Shown: piece after piece, positions 28,824-39,562 of the stretch | How the letters are laid out: every line of letters begins with the position of its first letter | Position numbering within the stretch: position 1 is the first letter of the stretch | NCBI GenBank assembly: GCA_963745075.1 | Contig: CAVUWV010000011.1 | Span: forward strand, 125,298-189,297 | Source of the DNA: Candidatus Hydrogenedentota bacterium | Lineage (GTDB): Bacteria > Hydrogenedentota > Hydrogenedentia > Hydrogenedentales > SLHB01 | Direction of reading: 5' to 3' | DNA length: 64,000 nucleotides | Translations under genes and position numbers: made by a program | Notes under the pieces: generated by a model | Told to the model about the DNA's origin: nothing | Databases searched by the model: none | The model's input: the letters and a program-made list of their open reading frames with translations, nothing else

Positions 28824-30854
28824 ATGTGGATCAAACAGTTGGTTGGGGCAAGTATTCTTAGTGTCGTTTTCCTGGTTCCGGCATGGGCGGCGACTGTCGA
28901 CGAGACAATTGCACAGGCTGGCAACGCCGCGACGGATACCCAGCGGCTGGATATTCTCAAGAGCTTGCGCGGACATGCAGACCTCGATCTGGGTTTAGCC
29001 AAGGATCTCGACTGCTTGATCGAAGAAGTGGACAAGTGGATGCACGATCCCCGGCTCGACTACTTCGGAAACACGATCCTGAAGACCGACCACTATGACT
29101 TCGGGATCGCCGAGGACTCCCCACTGTTTCCATTGACGGAACTGTATCGCGCGCGCATGTTGACGTGGGTCACGTTGGAGTACGGCGGCTTGTGGAGCAA
29201 CGCCGAGGCGCGGCGAAAACAATTCGACAAGATCCGGCCGCTTTTCGAGGAGTTGGCGGAAACCTATCCGGAGAACCCGCTCATCAAGATGTATCTGGGG
29301 ACACCCATGCCCGCCGAGTCCACGTATGAGGCGGACCCGAACGCGCCTGGTTGGGCCAACGCCCAGCGCGAAAGTCTCGAACGGATGACCGACATTCTTC
29401 ACTGGTGGATCGATCATCGCATGCAACCCGACGGCCAGTACGGCGGTGGTTGGGGCGACGATTGCGAAATGTGGCGCATTTGGATTCCCGTTTTGATCGG
29501 GTTTGACGACCCTGAGGTCACGGCCGCTCAGGAGAAGTTCTCGCGCGCCCTCCTCGCGCAACCCCACATGAGCGAAGGCTATACGAGCCACATGTACGAT
29601 GTGGAGCACACGTCGGAGGATTCGGCGGATGCCCTGACGCCCATGATGCTATTGCAACCCCGCAACCCCGAATGGCGCGACAAGGCACTGCGGCTCGCAG
29701 AATTGATGAAGACCCTCTGGAGCGGCATCAACGACCGCGGCCAACGGCAGTTCAAGAGCATCTACTTCAGCGCGACCGAGATCGACCTCATCCCCAAGCG
29801 CGCGTGCGACACGGTGTACCATCCACGGGCCGTTCAACCCGCGCTCCTCCTCTGGCAACGCACGGGGAACCAAGATCTCGGCGCACTGTTCACGTCCTGG
29901 ATGGATACGTGGGTGGACGCGACGGCACGAGGTGAGCGTGGCAAGCCCGCCGGAATCACCCCCAGCGCGATTCATTGGCCGGATGGAAACATCGGCGGCG
30001 TCGGCGAGAACTGGTGGAACCCCGAAGGCCACAGCAGCGACCCGCTCTATGTGTGGCCGAGCGCCATGTCGCTCATGACCCAAACCCTGTTGCTTACGAA
30101 CCACATGTCCGGAGACCCCAAGTATCTGGAACCGCTGCGGTCCATGGCGGAAGCGCGGCGGCGGTTCTTGCACGATCGGCCCGCAGAGATTCCGACGGGG
30201 AGCGAGGCATGGTGCGCAGAGCGGCTCGACGGTCTAACTGGGGTCCTCGCGAAATACCGGTTTCTGACGGGAAGCGATGAGTTTGACGATTTGCTTCGCA
30301 GCGGCGGCAGCGCCTACGTGCGGTACCGGCTGACCGGGGACATGGACACCTTGGACAAAGCGCTCGAACGAACGGCGGCCGCGCTCCGCATCAATTTTCC
30401 CGGTTTCACCAGCGAAGTGCGCTACACCGATCGCGTGATGCGCTTCCCCGCAATCTTCGGGAAGAACGGCATGTTCCCCGACGGGAAACCGGGTATCAAC
30501 ACACCCGATACGACGCTCCTCTATGCGACGGTGAGCGGCGATCCCGACCATCCGCAGGTATTCCCATTCAACGCCGTACGCTGGCTGACCCCGGCGCGGG
30601 ATATTGCGGCGTTGGTCACCGACGCGAAACCGGACACGTTCGAGGCTACGCTCTACCACTTCGGCGAGGCGCCTCGTGAAATGGCGGCGGAGTTTTACTT
30701 GCTGAAGCCCGGCGCATATACCCTGCAAATCAAACCGGGCGCACCGGACGAGGAATCAACCGCACAGATTCAGGTTGACGGTCCCGGCACAGTCGTGTCG
30801 TTCACGTTGCCTGCAAGAAAGACCTGCGTGCTTAAGATCTCTCCCACGAAGTGA
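28824..30854 (+). CDS. Secreted hypothetical protein, possibly an (alpha/alpha)-barrel enzyme
   Basis: 676-aa ORF with signal peptide; Trp/Asp-rich motif QPDGQYGGGWGDDCEMWR. Confidence 0.75.
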   Translation: MWIKQLVGASILSVVFLVPAWAATVDETIAQAGNAATDTQRLDILKSLRGHADLDLGLAKDLDCLIEEVDKWMHDPRLDYFGNTILKTDHYDFGIAEDSPLFPLTELYRARMLTWVTLEYGGLWSNAEARRKQFDKIRPLFEELAETYPENPLIKMYLGTPMPAESTYEADPNAPGWANAQRESLERMTDILHWWIDHRMQPDGQYGGGWGDDCEMWRIWIPVLIGFDDPEVTAAQEKFSRALLAQPHMSEGYTSHMYDVEHTSEDSADALTPMMLLQPRNPEWRDKALRLAELMKTLWSGINDRGQRQFKSIYFSATEIDLIPKRACDTVYHPRAVQPALLLWQRTGNQDLGALFTSWMDTWVDATARGERGKPAGITPSAIHWPDGNIGGVGENWWNPEGHSSDPLYVWPSAMSLMTQTLLLTNHMSGDPKYLEPLRSMAEARRRFLHDRPAEIPTGSEAWCAERLDGLTGVLAKYRFLTGSDEFDDLLRSGGSAYVRYRLTGDMDTLDKALERTAAALRINFPGFTSEVRYTDRVMRFPAIFGKNGMFPDGKPGINTPDTTLLYATVSGDPDHPQVFPFNAVRWLTPARDIAALVTDAKPDTFEATLYHFGEAPREMAAEFYLLKPGAYTLQIKPGAPDEESTAQIQVDGPGTVVSFTLPARKTCVLKISPTK

Positions 30855-31027
30855 CGCAAAACGCGGACGCACAAGGAGGGGTGGGGGTTCCAACCCGACA
30901 AGCCAGCGATCGATTGGTCACTGCAACGTCCCGATGTGGGACCGCCCCAAATAGAGTTTCTTGCGAATGACGTGGACCCCGCTCTTCCGGGCAGGCATCC
31001 GTAAGGCGGCTACGAAACCCCGCCCTC

Positions 31028-31799
31028 GTACGCCTTCGAGCGTACCCCGCCAGAGTGGTGTGAGTCCACTCCTGAATGGCGTCTTTACATCAGAAGCCGA
31101 ACGGAACTGCGTCGCCGCGAGGCAGGGTGGGGAGTAGCGGAAGGCGAACGACCAGTCCGCAGGAATACGAACTCGATTTGGCCTTGCCGCTTGGCGAGAC
31201 TCCGAGGGATGCACGAAGCCTGGAACGAACCGGCCACGCTGATGGCTTAAAAGACCAACTGCTGATCCCGGGGCCTCACGGTAACCGGGAGTCCAGGCAG
31301 GCGCCAGCAAGACGGATGAGGGATTCGACTCCCTCGGCTACCACTGCCAACGGACCCGCAAGGGCAAGATAACGCGCTGGCCGAACGACAAGGCCATCAG
31401 CAAGCTGCGCCACCGCGTGCGCCCGCTGACCAAGCGCACCAACGGCCACAGCATGCAGGCCAACATCGCACATCTCAACCCGGTGCTTCGAGGATGGTTT
31501 GAATACTTCAAACACAGCGATCAATGCACCCTCGCAGAAGTAGACGGCTGGGTCCGGGGACGCCTGCGCAGCATATTGCGCAAACGCCATAAAGGAAAAG
31601 GCAAGGGCCGGGGAACAGACCACTTCAAATGGCCAAACCGCTACTTTGCGAAGCTCGGGCTATCCACGCTTGAAACGGCCTGGGCAGACGCCAGACCGTC
31701 ACTTCGGCGCAACCACTGAACGGAGAGCCGTATGCGGGAGAACCGCACGTACGGTTCGCGGGGAGGAGAGGCCGGTCAACCGGCCTTCCCTACCCCTAT
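31028..31799 (+). mobile_element. Group II intron, internally deleted (domain I, 3' end of the IEP ORF, DV and DVI retained)
   Basis: 5' end GTACG; DV GAGCCGTATGCGGGAGAACCGCACGTACGGTTC at 31725-31757; DVI ending CCCTACCCCTAT; total length only about 770 nt. Confidence 0.9.
31312..31719 (+). pseudogene. Group II intron RT/maturase C-terminal fragment
   Basis: In frame: EGFDSLGYHC (degenerate GFDFLGYxF), LNPVLRGWFEYFK, DGWVRGRLR, WPNRYFAKLGL. No YADD motif or RT0-6. Confidence 0.9.
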
Positions 31800-31819
31800 C
31801 TCTTCCGGTGGCGATGTCG

Positions 31820-34666
31820 TTATGCGGACTGGTCTGAGGGAGATGGCGCCAGCGCGTTGGCCAGGAGTTCGGCCATGTGGATGGGCTGTACGGGGGTCAG
31901 ATGATCGATCTGGTGCCGGCAGCTTGTGCCCGAAGCGACGACTTCCGTGCCCGCCTGCAGGTCATTGATTCGATCGATCAGCGGTTGCGCAACCTTTTTG
32001 GATAACTCGTACTTTGCGGTCAACTGGCCGAACGCACCCGCCATGCCGCAACAACCGGTATCCAAGGTTTGCACGGTGCAGTTGGGCAGATGAGCGACCA
32101 ACCGCTCCGCCGCGCTCGTATCGCTAAGCGCCTTCGCGTGGCAGTGCCCATGTATCGCGACCCACGAGTAACCGGGTGCAAACGTCAGCGCGTCCGGCTC
32201 CTTGTCCAGCAGGGCGCACAGAAACTCTTCAAACAGCACGCAGCGTTGCGCAACCTCTTTCGCGCCGTCAATCAACAGTTCGGCGTAGTCTTCGTGGAAC
32301 ATGGACCAGCACGACGGCTCGAGAAAGACGATCGGGGCATCCCCATGCTTCAGTAGCTCGATATTGTGTTCTCCGTAGCGTTTTGCCATGCCCAGACGGC
32401 CGACACTGAACGCGGGACGCCCGCAACACTTCCGGCCATCGGCTAGCACAACCTCAAATCCCGCGGCCTCGAGCACGGTGACGGCGGCGCGGCCAATGTC
32501 AGGTTCGTTGTAACGCACGAAGGTGTCGTCCCAGAGAATCACGTTGCCGCGTGTTGCTCGCCCATTTCGCGAACGCCTCGCGAACCAGCGATCGAATCGT
32601 TCGGTCGTGTACGCGGGGAGTGGACGTTCCCGCGTGATACCGATCGCGCGGTCCATCAGTTTCCGTACGACGCGGTTACGGAGCATTGCGTTCGTCAGGC
32701 GCGGCATGGTGCAGCCCAGCCGTCCCAAGAGATCCACAGAACTGATGATCCGTTCCCGGAGCGGCACGCCGTCGCGCCGTTGCCGCGCGTGCATCATTTC
32801 CGACTTCAGCAGCGTCATGTTGACGTTCGACGGGCACTCGGTCGTGCAGGCTTTGCAGGAAAGACAATTGCTGAGCGCTTCGTCGAGTTCGGAAGACACG
32901 AGGGGGTCAACGTCGATGCGGTGTTCCAGCACGGCGCGAATCGTATTGGCGCGTCCGCGCGTGGACATGATCTCTTCCTCGGTCGCCTGATACGTCGGGC
33001 ACATGGTTGGCGCTGCCTTCCGGCATACGCCGCTGCCGTTGCATTGTTCGAGATTGCCGACGAAAGACTCATCTTTCGCAACGAAACCCAGCACGGGCTC
33101 GAACGGCACCGGCGTTTCGTGGTTTGGGCCCATGCGCAAATTGGTGTCGATCCGGAAGTCGTAGCCGTCCGACGGTATGATTTTGCCGGGGTTCATCCGA
33201 TTCTTGGGATCGAAGAGCGCTTTGATGGCCCGCATCGCGTCGAGCACGTCGGAACCCAAATGCGCCGGCATGTGTTCGGTGCGCGCGATCCCGACGCCGT
33301 GCTCGGCGCAGAAGGAGCCTTTCACGTCCGCAACCAATGCGGACACGTCCGCCGTGACTTCGCGGTAGCGGGTGATGTCGCCGGGGTCGTGCATATCCAA
33401 TACGGGCCGCACGTGCAGAAGGCCCGATGCGGCGTGGCCGTAGAAGGAACCCTGCAAGTTCATGCGGTCGAAGATCGCGAGCAGTCCGTCCACGTATTCG
33501 GCCAGTTTGCGGGGTGGCACCGCGGCGTCCTCGATCCCCGGCACCGGCTTCGCCGCGCCTTGGCATCCAGTCAACAGGGAAAGGCCCGCCTTGCGCAACG
33601 ACCACACCATTTCCATCTCTCGGGGGTCGGTAATGATCTGTTTTCGGATTCCAATATCCCGTTCTGAAAGGGCGGCGAGTTTGCCCTCCACGTCGTCGTA
33701 GAACTCGACAACGAGAATGGATTTGTGCGGATCCTCATCCAGCCGCATCAAGGCGCGTGTCGTGGCGAACGTGCGTTGCCCTCGCGTCCGATCGTAGAGC
33801 ACGTCGTCAATATGTTCGATGGCGGCGGGGTTTAAGTCGAGCATGGCGACGGTCGCGTGGGCGGCCTCGGTCACGGAATCGAAGTAGATCAAGCATAGCC
33901 CTTTGCGATCGGGCAAAGGTACGAGCCCCAATTCTGCCGACGCGATGCAGGCGAGCGTGCCTTCGCTGCCGGCCAACACGTGATTGAGATAGGGGCCTTC
34001 CCGCACGTAGCGGTCGAGACCGAACCCTGGCCAGCGCTTGACCAGCACGTTGGGAAATCGTTCTCGAACGATCGAGGCGTGTTGTTGAACGATGGCATCC
34101 ACGGACGCGCGCAAGTCCGCCAGCGTTTCGTACCCGGGGCCGACCGTTTCGATTCGGCCATCAGCCATGACCAACTCGAGCGCATGCACGTGGGCGGCCG
34201 TCGTACCGTAGATCGGGGCGTGCGCGCCGGACGAGTTGTTCGCGATCATGCCGCCCAGTGTGGCCCGGGAACTCGTCGCCACGTCGGGGCCGAACCAGAG
34301 CCCGTGCGGTTTCAGATATGCATTGAGTTGATCCAGCACGACTCCCGCTCCGACTCGGACCGTTCGACGCTCGCGGTCAAAATCCTCGATGGCGCGGTTA
34401 TACCGGGAGAAATCGATGACCATCCCGCGGCCTACCGCGCCTCCTGCGAGCCCGGTCCCAGCGCCGCGCGGGATGATGGCCAAGCCGGTGTCATCCGCCG
34501 CGCGAATAGCCTCCGCCGCCTCCTCCGCCGAGCGAGGGAACGCGACAGCGTCCGGCACGATCTGATAGAGCGACGCGTCCGTTGCATAGAGTTGGCGGGT
34601 CAAATCGTCCGTGCGGATTTCGCAGCGGGCATCTTTCAAAATCTTGTTGAGGTTTACGGCACCCAT
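31820..34666 (-). CDS. FAD-linked oxidase/Fe-S fusion (YdiJ/GlcD-GlcF-like D-2-hydroxyacid dehydrogenase)
   Basis: YATDASLY, RGAGTGLAG, GGMIANNSSG, GSEGTL, HVRP, AEHGVG, CLSCKACTTECP and two CCG motifs. Confidence 0.92.
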   Translation of the reverse strand: MGAVNLNKILKDARCEIRTDDLTRQLYATDASLYQIVPDAVAFPRSAEEAAEAIRAADDTGLAIIPRGAGTGLAGGAVGRGMVIDFSRYNRAIEDFDRERRTVRVGAGVVLDQLNAYLKPHGLWFGPDVATSSRATLGGMIANNSSGAHAPIYGTTAAHVHALELVMADGRIETVGPGYETLADLRASVDAIVQQHASIVRERFPNVLVKRWPGFGLDRYVREGPYLNHVLAGSEGTLACIASAELGLVPLPDRKGLCLIYFDSVTEAAHATVAMLDLNPAAIEHIDDVLYDRTRGQRTFATTRALMRLDEDPHKSILVVEFYDDVEGKLAALSERDIGIRKQIITDPREMEMVWSLRKAGLSLLTGCQGAAKPVPGIEDAAVPPRKLAEYVDGLLAIFDRMNLQGSFYGHAASGLLHVRPVLDMHDPGDITRYREVTADVSALVADVKGSFCAEHGVGIARTEHMPAHLGSDVLDAMRAIKALFDPKNRMNPGKIIPSDGYDFRIDTNLRMGPNHETPVPFEPVLGFVAKDESFVGNLEQCNGSGVCRKAAPTMCPTYQATEEEIMSTRGRANTIRAVLEHRIDVDPLVSSELDEALSNCLSCKACTTECPSNVNMTLLKSEMMHARQRRDGVPLRERIISSVDLLGRLGCTMPRLTNAMLRNRVVRKLMDRAIGITRERPLPAYTTERFDRWFARRSRNGRATRGNVILWDDTFVRYNEPDIGRAAVTVLEAAGFEVVLADGRKCCGRPAFSVGRLGMAKRYGEHNIELLKHGDAPIVFLEPSCWSMFHEDYAELLIDGAKEVAQRCVLFEEFLCALLDKEPDALTFAPGYSWVAIHGHCHAKALSDTSAAERLVAHLPNCTVQTLDTGCCGMAGAFGQLTAKYELSKKVAQPLIDRINDLQAGTEVVASGTSCRHQIDHLTPVQPIHMAELLANALAPSPSDQSA

Positions 34667-34757
34667 GATGTTTCCTGGCATTGTCTATGACGTCTTCGCT
34701 CATCCTTTCAAAAAGCCATCGCCCAAGACAAGCCAACCGGTAGCCATGCAGGCTCAT

Positions 34758-34805
34758 AAAAAGGAGGTGGCGACCAGCGGGAAGGAGCCAGGGCCGCTGG
34801 TCGCC
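34758..34805 (-). terminator. Intrinsic terminator after the pilin gene
   Basis: Minus strand GGCGACCAGCGG...CCGCTGGTCGCC followed by ACCTCCTTTTT. Confidence 0.55.
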
Positions 34806-34829
34806 GAGGTGCAGTGTGGGTGTGGTGAG

Positions 34830-35318
34830 CTAGTTTAACGGGGGCGACGAAGGGCTAACGCCGGTCCCGTCAGAGGTGAACCTGATGACGCCAGTATCGT
34901 CCACGTAGTATTGCCGCCAGCCCGTTTGTCCCGGCGCCGTGGGGACTGCGGTGCATGTATACGAAGGCGGCGTGGTACCATTGCCAAGCGTTACATTTAC
35001 GGTGAATGCGTATCCTTGTTTGTAACCGTTGATCAGTACTGCGTCGACAAAGGCCGGCAGGGCGCCGGACCCGTCGGGGTTTCCCAATTGCGCGAGGCTT
35101 CCGTAGTCGCCCATTCCGTCGGCATTGCTATCCACGAAAGCGGCGGTTTGAAACGCGACTTCCGCCGTGGAGATCGTCCGCATCGCGCCGGACGCGCTGG
35201 CTTCGTTCGCGCTCATCCGGGACCGGAGGAGATTCGGAATGGCGATGGCCGCTATAATCGCGATAATCGCAATCACGATCATCAGCTCGATTAGAGTGAA
35301 CCCGCCACGCCGTTTCAT
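34830..35318 (-). CDS. Type IV pilin-like protein
   Basis: Prepilin motif G/FTLIELMIVIAIIAIIAAIAIPNL, plus ANEASA, GYAF and YYVDDTGVIR. Confidence 0.9.
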   Translation of the reverse strand: MKRRGGFTLIELMIVIAIIAIIAAIAIPNLLRSRMSANEASASGAMRTISTAEVAFQTAAFVDSNADGMGDYGSLAQLGNPDGSGALPAFVDAVLINGYKQGYAFTVNVTLGNGTTPPSYTCTAVPTAPGQTGWRQYYVDDTGVIRFTSDGTGVSPSSPPLN

Positions 35319-35391
35319 CGCTGCACTCCTTGTTGTCCCTAGCCAAGTATCTGTCCAAGTCTACTCGCCCCCGCAGGGGATGCCCGAAAAG

Positions 35392-35407
35392 AGCATTCGG
35401 CGTGCCA
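35392..35407 (-). promoter_or_regulatory. sigma54 promoter of the pilin gene
   Basis: Minus strand TGGCACGCCGAATGCT (GG-N10-GC), about 75 nt upstream of the ATG. Confidence 0.75.
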
Positions 35408-35553
35408 AAGGAGGTGGCGCTTTGCGTAAGGGATTATTCAACAGTATCTTACAGAAGTGAGGGATGTTTCGAATCCATTCATAGATCGCATTTTTCGCGA
35501 CCACGCCCGCCCTTTTACGACAATTTTTGTCGTAAAAGAAGGGGGCAGGTAGG

Positions 35554-36171
35554 ATGACTGCGTGTGCCTTGACGGGATCTTGCGAAGGAGACCGTTTCAG
35601 TATGGAAGAGTCGTTCCCCGATAAGGGCCCGTCTCCGATTTGGCCGGATGCGCCTCGGCTTTGCTCGGCGCGGCCGTTTCCATCGTACCGCCATGTTCCA
35701 GATCGAACTCCGCACCCGGTGACGGATTCGGCCGGGCACCAATACGGTGTCACGGATAGTCTGGCCACCGGCCGGCCCTGGGAAACTTGCGAGGCCTATC
35801 GATTCGGCATCGATCTATACCACCACGGCTTTCTATGGGAATCGCACGAGGCGTGGGAACCCCTCTGGCGCGCCGCCGGGCGGAATACCACCGAAGGATG
35901 TTTCGTGCAGGCGCTCATCCGCAACAGCGCGGCCTTGCTCAAAGCGCACATAGGGAACCGGCGCGGCGCGGACCGGCACAGCCGCGCCGCGTTCGGGTTG
36001 TTTTCGCTCGTGGCGGAGCGGTGCGGAACGCAGCGCCGTATGTTGGGCGTGGACGTGACGGACCTCATGGACCAGATGGATCGGTGTTATGGCCGGTTGT
36101 GGCAAGTCGAAGCCGCCGGCCGGGAGATCGTGCTGGGTCCGGCCCCGCGACTTGTGCTTCACGTCGGATGA
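35554..36171 (+). CDS. DUF309 domain protein (start uncertain)
   Basis: GIDLYHHGFLWESHEAWEPLW and VQALI motifs. Confidence 0.8.
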   Translation: MTACALTGSCEGDRFSMEESFPDKGPSPIWPDAPRLCSARPFPSYRHVPDRTPHPVTDSAGHQYGVTDSLATGRPWETCEAYRFGIDLYHHGFLWESHEAWEPLWRAAGRNTTEGCFVQALIRNSAALLKAHIGNRRGADRHSRAAFGLFSLVAERCGTQRRMLGVDVTDLMDQMDRCYGRLWQVEAAGREIVLGPAPRLVLHVG

Positions 36172-36184
36172 ACGTGCCGGCGCG

Positions 36185-37576
36185 CTATTCGAACTTTTTC
36201 TCGTACACGACGTTGCCGTGCACGTCGTGAAAGCGGAATGCCAGCGTGCTTCCGAGGTGCGCGGGTGACGTGGTTACGGAGAGGTACCCGCCTTCGACGC
36301 GGTGGAACCGGTGATAAACCGGGTCCTGCCCGGGGGAACCGCCGGCATGTTCGTCGCTGACGGGGCCGCAACTGAATTCCTGCACGCCGGTTTTCGGATC
36401 CACACTGTAATATTGCCAATGGCGGTCGCCGCAAACGATGAAGAAATGGTCGGGCAGGTTTTCGGCAAACCAGGTGCGCATCTCATTGCCTTCGTGCGCG
36501 AAAGCGGCGTTGGCGAGGTTGTCGGACTTTTTTTCGCGGTCGGGACCGACGATCGGAGTGGGCGAAATCAGGATCTTCCAATCGGCGTCGCTCGCGAGAA
36601 GCGTATCTTTCAACCACTGCTTTTGTTTTTCGCCCCAAATCGTCTTCTCGGGACCGTCCTCCATGTCGTTGGGAGACCGGAAGTCGCGACCCTCGACGAG
36701 CCATATCTGCAACGCTCTGCCCCAACGAACGGTACGGTACGTCGAGTCGCCCATGGGCACTTCTTCCAGGAAGATTTGCTGTCCTTTGGCAAAGGTGAGT
36801 GTGCCGGCCGCTTCGCGGACCATGGACGGCCAGCAATCGTTGAAATACGTGTCGTGGTCGTCCTTCTCCCAATAGGTTGGCACGGCCAATTGAAACGCGA
36901 CCAGGCGAGGCAGACTGTACATGCGTTGCCAGTGGTACCGGGCGACCTCGACCGAATTGGCAGCCGGCGAATCGTTGTCGTAATAGACCGTGTCGCCGGT
37001 GCACACATGGAAGTCGGGGTGCAGGTCCAGCATGGCCTCGTAGATATTGTATCCGGCGGGATCGTCGAGATCGCCGTAGTACTGGCCGGTGACGACCGTG
37101 AACGTCACTTCCGCGTTAACATTCGGCAGGGGTGCCGTGGCGAAATGTCCGGTCAACGAGGCGGTCGCCTCCGTCACGCCGGGATCGCGCACCTCGGCGG
37201 AATAGAAGTATTCCGTGCCGGGTTTGAGGTCGTGGAGCCGGAAACTGTGGGCATAGTCCGTCAGCGGCTCCACCGTCACCCAGTTCGTAGACACTGCATC
37301 GTGGAGGTCATCGTACGTGCTGTACCGCACGCGCACGTCGCCCGCGGCGCCGGGGCAAGCCCCCTCCAACTCGTCGGTCGTGAGTCCGTCGCGCAAAGGT
37401 GCAACGGGCCTCCCGGCGATATGAATGCCGTCTTCGTTTCGCCCGATTTCCTGTGTGGAACGAACCCAAATGATGGCGGAGTCGGTCGTGACCTCTCCTA
37501 CCTTTACGCCCGTGGCCAGGCCGGCGGCGAAGTTTGTGGAACTCACGGCAGCAATCAGCAGTAAATGGCTTAGCAT
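36185..37576 (-). CDS. phoD: Alkaline phosphatase D family protein
   Basis: GEVTTDSAIIWVR, TGDTVYYD, DDHD, RDFR, QKQWLK..L, GDRH. Confidence 0.88.
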   Translation of the reverse strand: MLSHLLLIAAVSSTNFAAGLATGVKVGEVTTDSAIIWVRSTQEIGRNEDGIHIAGRPVAPLRDGLTTDELEGACPGAAGDVRVRYSTYDDLHDAVSTNWVTVEPLTDYAHSFRLHDLKPGTEYFYSAEVRDPGVTEATASLTGHFATAPLPNVNAEVTFTVVTGQYYGDLDDPAGYNIYEAMLDLHPDFHVCTGDTVYYDNDSPAANSVEVARYHWQRMYSLPRLVAFQLAVPTYWEKDDHDTYFNDCWPSMVREAAGTLTFAKGQQIFLEEVPMGDSTYRTVRWGRALQIWLVEGRDFRSPNDMEDGPEKTIWGEKQKQWLKDTLLASDADWKILISPTPIVGPDREKKSDNLANAAFAHEGNEMRTWFAENLPDHFFIVCGDRHWQYYSVDPKTGVQEFSCGPVSDEHAGGSPGQDPVYHRFHRVEGGYLSVTTSPAHLGSTLAFRFHDVHGNVVYEKKFE

Positions 37577-37609
37577 GTTTTCCTCCGATGATTAATCTGA
37601 CTCGCCGCG

Positions 37610-39461
37610 TTACGGCTCGGCGACCCCGAAGGCGGCGTTCCGTATGTAGCCAAAACTCATCGGTGGGGCCGCAACTTTCGGGCGATTGGTGAGCATCAGG
37701 CTACCTGTTTCGGCGCTTCCAGGCAAGGTGTCTTTCGTTCGGACCCGGACGACATAGAGTTGCCGGTCGCCCGGAAGGTCATTGTCGTTTTCGGGAGGAA
37801 ACGGCGGACCGGGACCGACGACTTCCTGCCACCGCTTCACCCGAATGTCGACGGGATACTCACTTTGGTTCACCCAAAACAACACATCGTTCACGACGGT
37901 GGCGACCGCATATGCGGGGTCTGTCGACTCACAGCGGTGAACCACGTCTCCCGCATGGGTGAGCGCCGCCAGGTATTGCCAGGCGTAATAGACAGGCCGG
38001 ACCTTCCAGTCGTTATCCTTATAGTCCCATAGACCGTAGTTCATGAAGCCATTGCCGGGGTAATAGACTTCATGGAGACACCAGATGGAGAATCCCGCCA
38101 CGCCCCGGTTGAGCCCTTCAATGACGAAGGCGGTCGTCCACACAGCATAGGGATAGGATTCCATAATGGGATTTTCTAACGCGCTCGACCGGTTGTCTTG
38201 AAAGCCAAATTCAGCCACAACCAAATCCTTACGCGGTTTTCTCTGCGCGAGAAGGTCAAGCCGTTTCGCAAAAAAGGAGGGCGCCACGACACGGTCCGCA
38301 TAAGGGAAGTAGCGGTGTGACGCGAAACGATCGGCCAACCCAAAGTAACGGTCATCTTTCACGCACTTTTCGAAAAACGGAAATCCGCCGTTTGTTTCGT
38401 CGCTGCCCACAATCTGCACGTCCAGCCCGCGCCGGTCGAATTCCGCGCGGACCAACTGGTGAAGTTGCACAAATCGTTCGAAGTCGTATCCCGCATGAAC
38501 GAAGTATCCGTTCGGCTCGTTGGTTAGCGTCCACTCCTTCACACAGGTATACCCTTTGTCTTTTATGAGGTATTCAAACAGCGCCCCGATCGCGCGGGCC
38601 GCTGACTCGGGATTGCCATAGGGATCGTCGACGCCCCATTCCACGCCAACGACGTTCGACGCGGACCCCGAGCCGTTCATACAAATCGAGGGTGCGGTAG
38701 TGACTTTCCATGTTCGGCGAGTCGAAGGCAAAGGTTTCCCAATCGCCGGACGGATTCCAGTCCTTGTACCAGAAGAACATCCGCACCCAATCCAGGCCCA
38801 TGGACGCGATCCGTTTTTCACGTAGTTGGATGTCTTTGTCGGTGACGCTGTGCGACGCGTTCTCGGGATTGTAGAACCATCCGTCGTCTTCCACGCCGAA
38901 GCCAAGGAAGTGGTCGCATACAATCTCGTCCGTGATGGTAATCGTCACCGGGCCGTTCGGTGGTGCCGTGGCGACCACATGAGGTTCAGCAATCGCCGTC
39001 ACGGAGTCAAACTCCGCCACGCCGGCGCCGTTCAGAATCAGTGCGATCCGGGCGGTGACCGCATCGGCCGGCATAACGCCCTGCACCTGGAGTTGGGTCC
39101 AGTTGCCGTTCGTATCCGCCATGTTTGACTGGCTGAAGATTACGCGCTTTCCGCTCGCGTCGAAGTACTCGATCACCATGTACGCGCCGACTCCGTTCGC
39201 TACGTCGAGGCTTCGCGCCTCTGCTGTCGCGGACACGAGATCGCCGGCTGATACCTTGATCGATTGTGACAGGTTGGGGTAGCCGGGCTCCGTCCCGGCC
39301 GGCACGGTGATGCGCGCAACGGTTCGGCCTTCGCCACTCATCGCGCTCATCTCGAGCGACGCCGTGCTTGGAACCCAACCCTCCAAGCCATCGGCAAAGC
39401 CCGGATTCGTGAGAAGATCCGGCGATGCGGCAAATGCTAGCGAGACGACTAAGGCAATCAT
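37610..39461 (-). CDS. Secreted CBM-like domain plus clan GH-A glycoside hydrolase, frameshifted near 38657
   Basis: LLTNPGFADGLEGW galactose-binding-like domain, MGLDWVRMF, and in the second frame TNEPN and VAEFG. Confidence 0.75.
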
Positions 39462-39562
39462 TGTTTTCCCCTTGCTAGGACCGATGGGACACATAGGGCG
39501 TGTGGCGGCCCTCACCCGAGAGATCGGTTACGAGACCGGCGCACTCGCCGGTCGTCTTCGCG

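Noticed and set aside
31312..31719. Retron, DGR or defence-associated reverse transcriptase
   Set aside because: Only RT7 and the thumb/X domain remain, embedded in group II intron domains, with no catalytic YxDD.
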